Shown piece after piece: positions 1-8,149 of a DNA stretch of 64,000 nt; position 1 is the stretch's first letter, and each line of letters starts with the position of its first letter. A program made the position numbers and the translations under genes. The notes beneath the pieces are model-generated. The model saw only the letters and a program-made list of their open reading frames with translations. It was not told the DNA's origin and ran no database searches. The stretch lies in sequence record NC_031010.1; one strand, 5' to 3'.

Positions 1-606
1 CCCCTGATTCAACTGCCGTACCTGCTGGCACCCAAAGAGCAGTTCCTGCGTCTGCACTACCCAGCAAAGCACGCCCCGTTACCTATCTTCGGTACCGATG
101 TCGCTTTTGAAGAAGACAACATGGTTGACCCGGTTGTCTTTAACGTTGCTGACCTGCCCTACCGGTGGAACGATGCACTGCTGCCCTATATCGAGCACTG
201 TCGCCGTATTGACCGCACCGGGATGACCGGGATGTTCCGCTTCCTTGCGTTTGAGGAAGGGGCACTTATCGAGCCACGCCTCTACCATTGGGATAACGGT
301 AACTTCCAGTTGCTGCGTCGTCAAAACGTCACCAAGAACTATTTCGTGCTGGAGACGGTACTCTCTGATTGGCGGGATCTGGACTTGTGGCCCTTGCACC
401 TGTACCCCAAAGCGGCAGAGGTCTTAATCAAGTGGTTGTTCCCGGATTGGGATACCCCGGATTGGTGGTGGGACTTACCGCGCTTACCGCCGTCAGTGAT
501 TGACAAAATCCCACGGGATAAATACAGAGACCGGGACTATTACCTGACCATCTTTAACACGGGCATCCTGACTGTCGAAGGAGTAGAAGATGCTGAAGTC
601 GAGTAA
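1..606 (+). CDS. 5'-truncated phiKZ-like virion structural protein (C-terminal part)
   Basis: Frame 1 is open from base 1 into the 121..606 ORF. It carries an LSDWRDLDLWPL motif and lies in the structural block. Confidence 0.5.
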   Translation, partial: PLIQLPYLLAPKEQFLRLHYPAKHAPLPIFGTDVAFEEDNMVDPVVFNVADLPYRWNDALLPYIEHCRRIDRTGMTGMFRFLAFEEGALIEPRLYHWDNGNFQLLRRQNVTKNYFVLETVLSDWRDLDLWPLHLYPKAAEVLIKWLFPDWDTPDWWWDLPRLPPSVIDKIPRDKYRDRDYYLTIFNTGILTVEGVEDAEVE

Positions 607-1915
607 GTCGGGTGCCGAATGGCAACCTATCAAACAGCCTACCCCGGAATTGGCACAAGCCCAAGACGGGATAAAGGAAGCCTCGAACATTGTGACCGAG
701 CCATTACGCACCACGGTAATGGACTTGCAGCGTGTGTCGAAGCAGCACCTGTTACAGTACGTAACCGGTTCCTCGTGGTCGGTGACGTTCTACCACTTCC
801 TGCGGGGCAAGAATGACCCGTTGAAGATTATCGACCCTAAGGTTGATAACTCCACCCAACAGCTGGAGAAAATCCACAACCTCGAGCTGCGTGTCACCAC
901 CGCACTGCAGCGTAGTCAGCAGTCCGACAACCGCACCTTTGAAATCACCGGGGCTGCGACGGTAGTCAACTCGATTCCGCCGAATGTCACCGACTGCTTT
1001 GTGGCCGAGATGGATGGCGGTCGACTGGGCCTGTTTAACATCACATCCTCCATCCGTGGGTCTGACAATAAAATCGCCACCTACGAGATTGAGTACGCGA
1101 TGCTCTACGAGGTCACGCCGGATATTGCGAACATCCTGAAAGCGTGTACGGTCCGTGAGTATTACTACGTCCGGGAACGTGCGTGGTGGGGCGAGGACAC
1201 CCTCTTACAGCCGGATGAGTGGAATGAGTTTCTACGGGTGGAACGTTTACTGCTGGATATCGAGCAGACGTATGTTAAACGCTTCTACGACCACGAAACC
1301 CAAACGCTGAAGTTCCCTGAGGATGAGTACCGGGTCTACGATGTGTTCTTGGCACGATTCGTTCGGGCAATTGGCCTGACCATGCCGGGTCACGATATCC
1401 GTATCTACCCGCACCCACCCAAACAGGTGAACGATGTCGAAACCTTCTGGGACGCTATCATTAACCAAAGCGGAACCTTCCTTGAGGACTTCAACCGCCG
1501 CTGTGCGTGTTTCTCTGTGAAGACGTTCCGGGTATTGCAGATGATGAACACCATTGGCTGGTCAAAGTTCCATGCCACACTGTTCTTCACTGCGGATAAC
1601 AAGTACGCGACCTACCCGTACAACTTCCCGGGCTTTGCTGGTTTTGTACCAGAGAGCATTAACTACCGCGGCAACGTAGGGGAAACCTTACCGGCCTTCG
1701 GTGTTCCAACTCTCACGCCGTATATCCTGAGTGAAGAGTTTTACAAGGGCAGTTACACCAACGTGCTTGAGTGGGCGTTGCACCTCTTTATCAAACAGCA
1801 GCCGATTTCTCCCCAGCCGATCATTATCTTGGCTGAGATGTTACGTACGCTGCCGAAGACGGCGCAGTTCTACTACACCCCGCTGGTTTACGTGCTCCTC
1901 CGTTACGTGAGGTAG
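590..1915 (+). CDS. conserved phiKZ-like virion structural protein (441 aa)
   Basis: Long ORF with GGAG SD. The IHNLELRVTTAL...PPNVTDCFVAEMDGGRLGLF segment resembles conserved jumbo-phage structural proteins (recalled). Confidence 0.6.
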   Translation: MLKSSKSGAEWQPIKQPTPELAQAQDGIKEASNIVTEPLRTTVMDLQRVSKQHLLQYVTGSSWSVTFYHFLRGKNDPLKIIDPKVDNSTQQLEKIHNLELRVTTALQRSQQSDNRTFEITGAATVVNSIPPNVTDCFVAEMDGGRLGLFNITSSIRGSDNKIATYEIEYAMLYEVTPDIANILKACTVREYYYVRERAWWGEDTLLQPDEWNEFLRVERLLLDIEQTYVKRFYDHETQTLKFPEDEYRVYDVFLARFVRAIGLTMPGHDIRIYPHPPKQVNDVETFWDAIINQSGTFLEDFNRRCACFSVKTFRVLQMMNTIGWSKFHATLFFTADNKYATYPYNFPGFAGFVPESINYRGNVGETLPAFGVPTLTPYILSEEFYKGSYTNVLEWALHLFIKQQPISPQPIIILAEMLRTLPKTAQFYYTPLVYVLLRYVR

Positions 1916-1917
1916 TA

Positions 1918-2463
1918 ATGAGCAAGAAGTTTACCCCCGCCTTCCATTTGTTTCACAGCTGGGTAAGCTGGCGTGTGCCGGCTTATGCAACGTTGACCGA
2001 ATACGCCTTGCAAGAGCACGGTGTCTTTTTGCCGGAAGACAAGAAGAAGGCCAACGCCATCCTGCACGACCGTAAGATGATAATGGCCCGTCCGTTTGAA
2101 ATTGCGGAGTATCTGTCGCAGGGTATGCCACTGGACATCAATGACCCCAACGATGCTATCAAGGTATACGGTTGGATAATGGAGCACATGGCCAACTGGT
2201 TGAACTTTTCCAGTAACCCGTCCCTTATCAAACGGCATATCCCGATAGAAGGAATGCGTGAGTTTAATAACCTTGCGAACAAGCTCTTTCCGGTCGCCCA
2301 CCGTTACGGGTATTTCCGTAAGGCGGAAATCACGATGTCAGACTCGTTGCAGTCGTTCTTCGGTCAGGAGGTGAAAGCCACCAAAGACGAACACCGCTTT
2401 AACGACACCCTGATACGGCGACTGGAAGTGGCAGCGCGTTATCAAACCCGAGGAGCGAGATAA
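1918..2463 (+). CDS. conserved hypothetical protein (181 aa)
   Basis: GAGGT SD, tightly packed between structural genes. Confidence 0.6.
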   Translation: MSKKFTPAFHLFHSWVSWRVPAYATLTEYALQEHGVFLPEDKKKANAILHDRKMIMARPFEIAEYLSQGMPLDINDPNDAIKVYGWIMEHMANWLNFSSNPSLIKRHIPIEGMREFNNLANKLFPVAHRYGYFRKAEITMSDSLQSFFGQEVKATKDEHRFNDTLIRRLEVAARYQTRGAR

Positions 2464-3767
2464 TGTTCGATAGGTTCCAGACAATTGTCAATAGCCACAT
2501 CAGCCGGGCAATTGCGGCACCTGCCATCAACTACAGCGCTATCGTCACCATCAAGGGCATCACGCTCAAAGTGTTGAAGGTGCGGGACGTTATCCACAGC
2601 AGTAACTTCGTGGGGGCGGTCTCAACGATAACGCACATCACGATGGCAGTCCCGACCTCCCAGATGCGACTACTGACCACCCGTGCCAACGGAAACATGA
2701 ATGTCAAACTCCTTACCTTGGCCGGTGAGAAGATTTTGAACACCGTGAACTACAATGGCGTGGTGGTCGGTACCCGTGACCCGGACATGGAATCCCCGAC
2801 GATGTTCTTGGGGGAGTCTGATGATAAGTCGGTGGCCATGGTAACGCTTGAGCTGATGCCAGCCTCACTGTGGTACCAGCGTTTGAAAAACGTGGGCGGG
2901 ACGTATCACGGGACGGATGGTCTCACGCTACTGCGTAAACTGTTGGTTGATACCCTGCCCAATCAGCAGGCCGAAGCCGGCATTGTGCACTCGATTCAGT
3001 ACGAGACGGAAGAGCAGCAACTTTATCGGGATCTGGTGATTCCCGATTCCATTACCTTCTTGGAGGTGTTTGATTACATTCAGGAAAAGTATGGGGTGTA
3101 TTCGAAAGGCTTGGGCGTGTTCCAGTATTTCAATAACTGGTTCTTGTTTAGACCGTACGATGAAACCAAGTTTAACAAGGCCGGATTGAAACTGGTGGTG
3201 ATGAACCTGCCGCGTGAGCGCTCGGCGAACATTGACCGGACGTTACACAGCGAAGCCAGCGTGCGGTATATCATTACCGGCGGTGATACGCTCTCAGAGG
3301 ACGTGCAAGACCAGAATGCCCTGAATCAGGGCACCGGTTATCGGGTAGGGTCGCTCAGGGCCTTAGACGGTCGTACAAGCTCGTTTACGCCGGGTGAAGT
3401 ATCGAAGACCACACCGGACAAGTTCGTGTCGCAGGCTGCCCCTAACAAGCACGCCTCCGGTATGGTTAACGCCCCGGTACTCAAGAAGCACTACGCTGAC
3501 CACGACAAAGACATTCGCTCCAAGCTTGCTATGCAGGACGGGCGGATTGTGAAGGTGACGTGGAACCAGTCAATGCCGAACATTGTGTACCCGGGCATGC
3601 CGGTGAAGTTTATGTATGCCAACGACGTGGGAATGTACACCCGCTTTGGCACTGTATTGGGTGAGGTCTATCACGCCTCGGTGGATGGGCAGACGTTAGC
3701 GTCCGGTCGCTTTAACAGTCAGACCGAGTTGACGCTGTGGCTCTCCAACTCAAAAATAACAAACTGA
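2463..3767 (+). CDS. virion structural protein, possibly baseplate hub or neck (434 aa)
   Basis: TAATG stop/start overlap. FDYIQEKYGVY and YPGMPVKF motifs recalled from phiKZ-like structural proteins. Confidence 0.5.
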   Translation: MFDRFQTIVNSHISRAIAAPAINYSAIVTIKGITLKVLKVRDVIHSSNFVGAVSTITHITMAVPTSQMRLLTTRANGNMNVKLLTLAGEKILNTVNYNGVVVGTRDPDMESPTMFLGESDDKSVAMVTLELMPASLWYQRLKNVGGTYHGTDGLTLLRKLLVDTLPNQQAEAGIVHSIQYETEEQQLYRDLVIPDSITFLEVFDYIQEKYGVYSKGLGVFQYFNNWFLFRPYDETKFNKAGLKLVVMNLPRERSANIDRTLHSEASVRYIITGGDTLSEDVQDQNALNQGTGYRVGSLRALDGRTSSFTPGEVSKTTPDKFVSQAAPNKHASGMVNAPVLKKHYADHDKDIRSKLAMQDGRIVKVTWNQSMPNIVYPGMPVKFMYANDVGMYTRFGTVLGEVYHASVDGQTLASGRFNSQTELTLWLSNSKITN

Positions 3768-3809
3768 TGTTCTACTATGACACTAACACCCCTTAAGGAT
3801 TGATGAAAC

Positions 3810-4610
3810 ATGAGTAACAACAACGTTTATTCCATGCGCATGTCTGGCCAAGTGATTCAGGCTATCGATAACTACGAAGCGAATCATTTCTCTAAACCGT
3901 CTAAGCTGTTCCCACGCATCAGTAAAGTCCTGCCGCAAACTGGCGAAGTGGCGCTGATGTATGTGATGGCCACCTCCATCGATAAACGTGTGGTGATTGT
4001 CTATACCCACGACGGTGTTGAAAGCGGCAAAGAGCTGACCATTGATGAACCGGGTTCACTGGGTAACCTGCTGTTCTTACATGCCATGACGACGGCCACC
4101 TGTGCACAGGCGCTGTCGCTGCAATACGGTTTCGGCTACGCGTATGCGTTTGCGCAGAAACTGGCAGAGGGATTAGTGGCGGGCGATACCACCACCTACC
4201 CACGTTACGTTGACCGCATCACCCCGAACATGCTGACGGACGATCTGCAGTTTGATATGTTCCGCTTTACCATGGTCGGTGCCGCCCGCGATGAAGAGTA
4301 CACCGGTGCCCTGCGTGCGGTGGTGCGTTACACCGCGCTGCCGTGTGCGTCAGATGTCTCTACCAACTTCCGTGAAGTGTGGCCGGTTATCCGTCTGGGG
4401 CACTACGTGACCTTCAACTCGTACATTCCGTTCGATGCACAGATTCTGGGCCCGTTCGATAATGCCTCGATTCTGCCGGCAGCGAAGCGTTACGGTCTGA
4501 CCTGTGACGAAGCCGTGGAAGTGATTGATGAGAACGACCGCATCAACATCTCTATCAAAAACGGCCTCGACCAGAACCCTGAGTTCGAAACGCTGACGTT
4601 TGGCGGCTAA
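3810..4610 (+). CDS. hypothetical protein (266 aa)
   Basis: TAAGGA SD, strong codon bias, followed by a terminator. Confidence 0.75.
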   Translation: MSNNNVYSMRMSGQVIQAIDNYEANHFSKPSKLFPRISKVLPQTGEVALMYVMATSIDKRVVIVYTHDGVESGKELTIDEPGSLGNLLFLHAMTTATCAQALSLQYGFGYAYAFAQKLAEGLVAGDTTTYPRYVDRITPNMLTDDLQFDMFRFTMVGAARDEEYTGALRAVVRYTALPCASDVSTNFREVWPVIRLGHYVTFNSYIPFDAQILGPFDNASILPAAKRYGLTCDEAVEVIDENDRINISIKNGLDQNPEFETLTFGG

Positions 4611-4616
4611 GGTTTA

Positions 4617-4654
4617 CCTCCTTTCCTTCGGGAAGGGAGGATTCCTTCTTTTTT
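4617..4654 (+). terminator. intrinsic terminator
   Basis: CCTCCTTTCC-TTCG-GGAAGGGAGG stem-loop plus T tract. Confidence 0.85.
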
Positions 4655-4757
4655 ACGCATAGGCGTTATTCTAAGAGTATAACCTGTGCGAATCGAATCA
4701 TCATAGCCGTTAACCACAAAACGCCTTAGAACGCGTTACAGCGCGTCTGGCGGGGCT

Positions 4758-4799
4758 AGTTCGAACGCATGAAATCTCAGATAGATATTACTAAGGTGA
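4758..4799 (+). promoter_or_regulatory. early (virion RNAP-type) promoter, extended form
   Basis: AGTTCGAACG...TCTCAGATAGATATTACTAAGGTGA; 37/42 identical to 39035-39076; core resembles the phiKZ early TATATTAC motif. Confidence 0.75.
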
Positions 4800-4850
4800 A
4801 CGAATACATTAATCGTTTACATCGACCATTATAATCGTAAGGAATAATCC

Positions 4851-5231
4851 ATGTCTAAAGTAATCTCTCCTGAAATGAAAGCGCTGGTTAAGTCTTCCCC
4901 GTTCTATCTGATGATGCTGCTTTGCGCTAAAGATTCTGGTGTGGAAGAAACCATCGACGCCATCAAAGCTTGGGAAGAGCAGAACATGCCTAAGCTGCTT
5001 GACGTGATGAACCTGCCAGATGCCGAGGTACCACACGAAGCCAAGCTGATTGCGTTAGTTTATAATTCAAAGTTCAGTCGCCCGTTTGAAGCAGACGACC
5101 TGCACGGCATGATTGACGAGTTCTTGGCACGCGTTGATGCCACGCCGGAACTGGCTGAAGAAGAGCTGAAGCCGTATGGTTCAGCCCGTGCTTATTACAC
5201 CGCGAAGAAAGCAGAGTTCGCTAACGTCTAA
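4851..5231 (+). CDS. early hypothetical protein (126 aa)
   Basis: GTAAGGAATAAT SD, first gene after the early promoter. Confidence 0.75.
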   Translation: MSKVISPEMKALVKSSPFYLMMLLCAKDSGVEETIDAIKAWEEQNMPKLLDVMNLPDAEVPHEAKLIALVYNSKFSRPFEADDLHGMIDEFLARVDATPELAEEELKPYGSARAYYTAKKAEFANV

Positions 5232-5240
5232 GGAAACGCT

Positions 5241-5423
5241 ATGACAATCTCAGGAGTAGGCTCAAGCTATGGTTACGAATCGAAGCGTGTCACTCCTGAG
5301 GAGCGTCATGCACGTATCCAAGCCCGTATCAACATGCTGACCATTGAACTGGCAGCGGCTAAGACCCGTGGCGATATGGCAGAAGTGTCCCGTATCGCTG
5401 CTCTCATTGCTGAACTAAAATAA
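5241..5423 (+). CDS. small helical-hairpin protein, UVR-motif-like (60 aa)
   Basis: TAAGGA SD; LTIELAAAKTRGDMAEVSRIAALIAEL. Confidence 0.65.
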   Translation: MTISGVGSSYGYESKRVTPEERHARIQARINMLTIELAAAKTRGDMAEVSRIAALIAELK

Positions 5424-5446
5424 TCGACTATTCAAAGAGGCCCATT

Positions 5447-5590
5447 ATGTTAACTCGTAACCACCTGAAAGCTATCGCCGGTATCGTTCTGTTTGTCGCT
5501 GCTGCATGCTCTATCATCACTGTCAATAACGATTACAACCATTGTGTTGACTTAGGCAACTCTGCAGCCCAGTGCACAGGACGTGGCTAA
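5447..5590 (+). CDS. small membrane or secreted peptide (47 aa, absent from ORF track)
   Basis: GAGG SD; MLTRNHLKAIAGIVLFVAAACSIITVNNDYNHCVDLGNSAAQCTGRG; fills the gap between genes exactly. Confidence 0.7.
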   Translation: MLTRNHLKAIAGIVLFVAAACSIITVNNDYNHCVDLGNSAAQCTGRG

Positions 5591-5591
5591 G

Positions 5592-5777
5592 ATGACTTTC
5601 TCTGACGCACAGTTCAACGAGTTCTTAACTAACCCACGCATCAAACGTGAGTGGGATAACCTGTCCAACGGTGCAACGCATCGCCAGCAGGATGAGCAGG
5701 CAGTCCGTGTGACTGCCCAAGTATTCGCCGTAGACATGATGGGCAACGTAAGCCCACTGGAGCAATATAATGACTGA
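5592..5777 (+). CDS. hypothetical protein (61 aa)
   Basis: ATG 1 nt after the upstream stop; overlaps the next start. Confidence 0.6.
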   Translation: MTFSDAQFNEFLTNPRIKREWDNLSNGATHRQQDEQAVRVTAQVFAVDMMGNVSPLEQYND

Positions 5778-6111
5778 AGAAAACAAAGGGACTATTGAGA
5801 CCCGTGGCCTTGAAGGTGAGTCCGATCCGAATTGGTGGAAGCAGCCCAAGGTCGAGGGAACGACTGAAATCAGCCCGGAACTGCGGAAGGTGTTGAATGA
5901 TGACATCCCCGTTACACTTGGGGCAACTGCTCGCTTCCTTTCACAGATTCAGAACAGCGAAGGTACGGAAGCTGCAGCAGCGCTGCTGAAAGCCTTCGAC
6001 CACCATGACGGCACCCGCATGCTCCTGAACCCGAAAAAGCGCAAGGAGAGTCCGGCTACCCGGAAGTATCGTAAGGTCATGAGCGGCCTTATCGCTCGTG
6101 CTGCTAAGTAA
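5770..6111 (+). CDS. hypothetical protein (113 aa)
   Basis: GGAG SD, ends before a terminator. Confidence 0.7.
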   Translation: MTEENKGTIETRGLEGESDPNWWKQPKVEGTTEISPELRKVLNDDIPVTLGATARFLSQIQNSEGTEAAAALLKAFDHHDGTRMLLNPKKRKESPATRKYRKVMSGLIARAAK

Positions 6112-6120
6112 CAACCAACG

Positions 6121-6146
6121 GCCACCTTCGGGTGGCTTTCTTTTTT
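6121..6146 (+). terminator. intrinsic terminator
   Basis: GCCACC-TTCG-GGTGGC plus T tract. Confidence 0.85.
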
Positions 6147-6163
6147 CTCGTAAGGAGTATTAC

Positions 6164-7186
6164 ATGTCAACTATCGAAAACGCATTCCCGGGCTTTATTC
6201 TCGTCTCTCCTGAACACACCCTGTTGGCAGGGGCTAACTACGAAACTCTCGCCAAAGTCGAACCCGACCTGTGGGAAGTCAAACGCGCGTTCCACAACGG
6301 TAAAGAAGCCGTCGCTGTCTACCATCGTGGTGACCTGTTCCATCACCAGTATAACTACGAGCAGTCTGGTGTGAAGACCATGCCCATCAGTGCGATTATC
6401 CACGCACAGGCGTATGTCATCACTGCCGGTGGTGACGTGCAAACCATCCGCAACGATGTAGAAGCCCTGAACGTGCTGGCCCGTAAGGTTATCCCACAAC
6501 TCGACCTCCAAGACCAAGGTCGTGCGCAGGAATGGGCAAAGAAAGAATTCAATGACCCCATTACCGCGGCTGATGAATTCTATCACACTTGCATGGGGTT
6601 CATGATGGACAACCTGCGTAAGTGGAAACACAAAGACGGCATGGTTATCACACAGCGCATGTTGTGGGGCATCCAGTCCACCGGCTTCACTATCTCAATG
6701 AAGCACGAAGATGACAAGATTGAATTCAATCGTAAATACGAGTTCTTGTCTGACTTCACCGGGTCGATGCAAGAAGAGTTGAAAGCCTTCACCGAGCTGC
6801 TACTGACCATGGGCTGGATTAGTGCCACCCCAGACCCGATTGACATTGAGCGTCTGCGCAAAGAACGTATTGCCCGTAACTTCGTCAACCACCACCACAA
6901 TGTTGAGCAGAGCTTCAAGCACAAGACACTGACTTCTGAGTGTCGTACTGCAGAGTCGTTCGCTAACCTGCCACCGGCCATGCGTGAAGAAGCGATGGAA
7001 GCCGCCCGTAACGTGAACGTTGAAGACGCTTACCCCTCCATACCCGAGCAAGAACGGCTACAGTTGCGCCGTAATATTCTCGGACGTATCGCTGAGTTAG
7101 AAGCCGCACCTGCGGATACGGAAAGTGAAAAGACCTTGCGCGATGCAGCAATCCGCGAACTGAACGACGCGCTTACTCGCGTGTAA
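6164..7186 (+). CDS. hypothetical protein (340 aa)
   Basis: GTAAGGAGTATT SD. The track start at 6098 would run through the terminator, so the start was moved. Confidence 0.75.
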   Translation: MSTIENAFPGFILVSPEHTLLAGANYETLAKVEPDLWEVKRAFHNGKEAVAVYHRGDLFHHQYNYEQSGVKTMPISAIIHAQAYVITAGGDVQTIRNDVEALNVLARKVIPQLDLQDQGRAQEWAKKEFNDPITAADEFYHTCMGFMMDNLRKWKHKDGMVITQRMLWGIQSTGFTISMKHEDDKIEFNRKYEFLSDFTGSMQEELKAFTELLLTMGWISATPDPIDIERLRKERIARNFVNHHHNVEQSFKHKTLTSECRTAESFANLPPAMREEAMEAARNVNVEDAYPSIPEQERLQLRRNILGRIAELEAAPADTESEKTLRDAAIRELNDALTRV

Positions 7187-7201
7187 GCAAATAAAATAAC
7201 C

Positions 7202-7236
7202 ACCCCTACCCGAAAGAGTAGGGGTTCTTTCTTTTT
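7202..7236 (+). terminator. intrinsic terminator
   Basis: ACCCCTAC...GAAA...GTAGGGGT plus T tract. Confidence 0.8.
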
Positions 7237-7251
7237 GTAAGGAGCAATAGA

Positions 7252-7944
7252 ATGGGCGAGTTTAACCTCGGTAAGTTTTGGAACACGGTTCAAGCTAAAT
7301 ACTACGTTGACGAAACTGACAACCTGTTCGTCTCAGAGAGTCAGCTCTATGAGCTGGCGGGTCGCTACGTGGAGGAGCACGACTTAACAGCACTGGTCGT
7401 GACCTTTGAAGGCACAACGGTTTACGAGCGCGTAATCCACGGCGGTCCCCTCAGCACTCCAGAGATGATGGAGGCCTGCTATTCAACTGTGGCGGCTGCG
7501 ATGCACAGTGCGCTGTTGAGTACGTGGGATGCCAAAACCCGCGATAACTACCTGCGTGACCTGTTCACTATCGTGCGCCAGATTAACGTCAATGCGCCGG
7601 ATGAAGAAGCACAGGAACTGCTGCGCCGCATTAAGCCTGAAAGCGACACTGTTGACCACGCGCCTGATGGTATCTACTGGAACGCATCGCACTATATCCG
7701 TAAGTTCTTCCCGGACAACGATTCGCTCCCACCGGTACAATTCTCCAACGGGGAGATGTTATTCCTGATTCGTCCGATGTACGACGAGCATCAGGTCGAA
7801 GTCCTGACCATGGCCTTCCGCAACGATTTAAGCCTACAGGGACGCAAGCTTATGGCTTGGACCATGGAGTACGACGAAGACCTTCAGCAGCTCATTGATG
7901 AGTTTAAAGCGAGCGTTGACAAGCTCGGCTGGAAGTTGGTCTAA
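7252..7944 (+). CDS. hypothetical protein (230 aa)
   Basis: GTAAGGAGCAAT SD. Confidence 0.75.
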   Translation: MGEFNLGKFWNTVQAKYYVDETDNLFVSESQLYELAGRYVEEHDLTALVVTFEGTTVYERVIHGGPLSTPEMMEACYSTVAAAMHSALLSTWDAKTRDNYLRDLFTIVRQINVNAPDEEAQELLRRIKPESDTVDHAPDGIYWNASHYIRKFFPDNDSLPPVQFSNGEMLFLIRPMYDEHQVEVLTMAFRNDLSLQGRKLMAWTMEYDEDLQQLIDEFKASVDKLGWKLV

Positions 7945-7952
7945 TCAATAAA

Positions 7953-7996
7953 CGGTGTCCTTCGGGGCACTGTTTTTTTTTTGTTTATTTTTTTTT
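7953..7996 (+). terminator. intrinsic terminator
   Basis: CGGTGTCC-TTCG-GGGCACTG plus long T tract. Confidence 0.85.
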
Positions 7997-8001
7997 GCAT
8001 G

Positions 8002-8037
8002 AAAAAGAAAAAGCACCCCCACCGATTGGCAGGGGTG
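8002..8037 (-). terminator. intrinsic terminator for the helicase transcript
   Basis: Minus-strand 10-bp stem CACCCCTGCC/GGTGGGGGTG followed by CTTTTTCTTTTT. Confidence 0.75.
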
Positions 8038-8149
8038 AATATCCGAGCAAGACAAGATCGATTTTCAGTTGTGCAGAGCGGTATTGCCCTACATAAACAT
8101 GAGGGCGGCACATCTAAACCACCCGAGAGCCGGAGCTCTCGGGCAGCTG

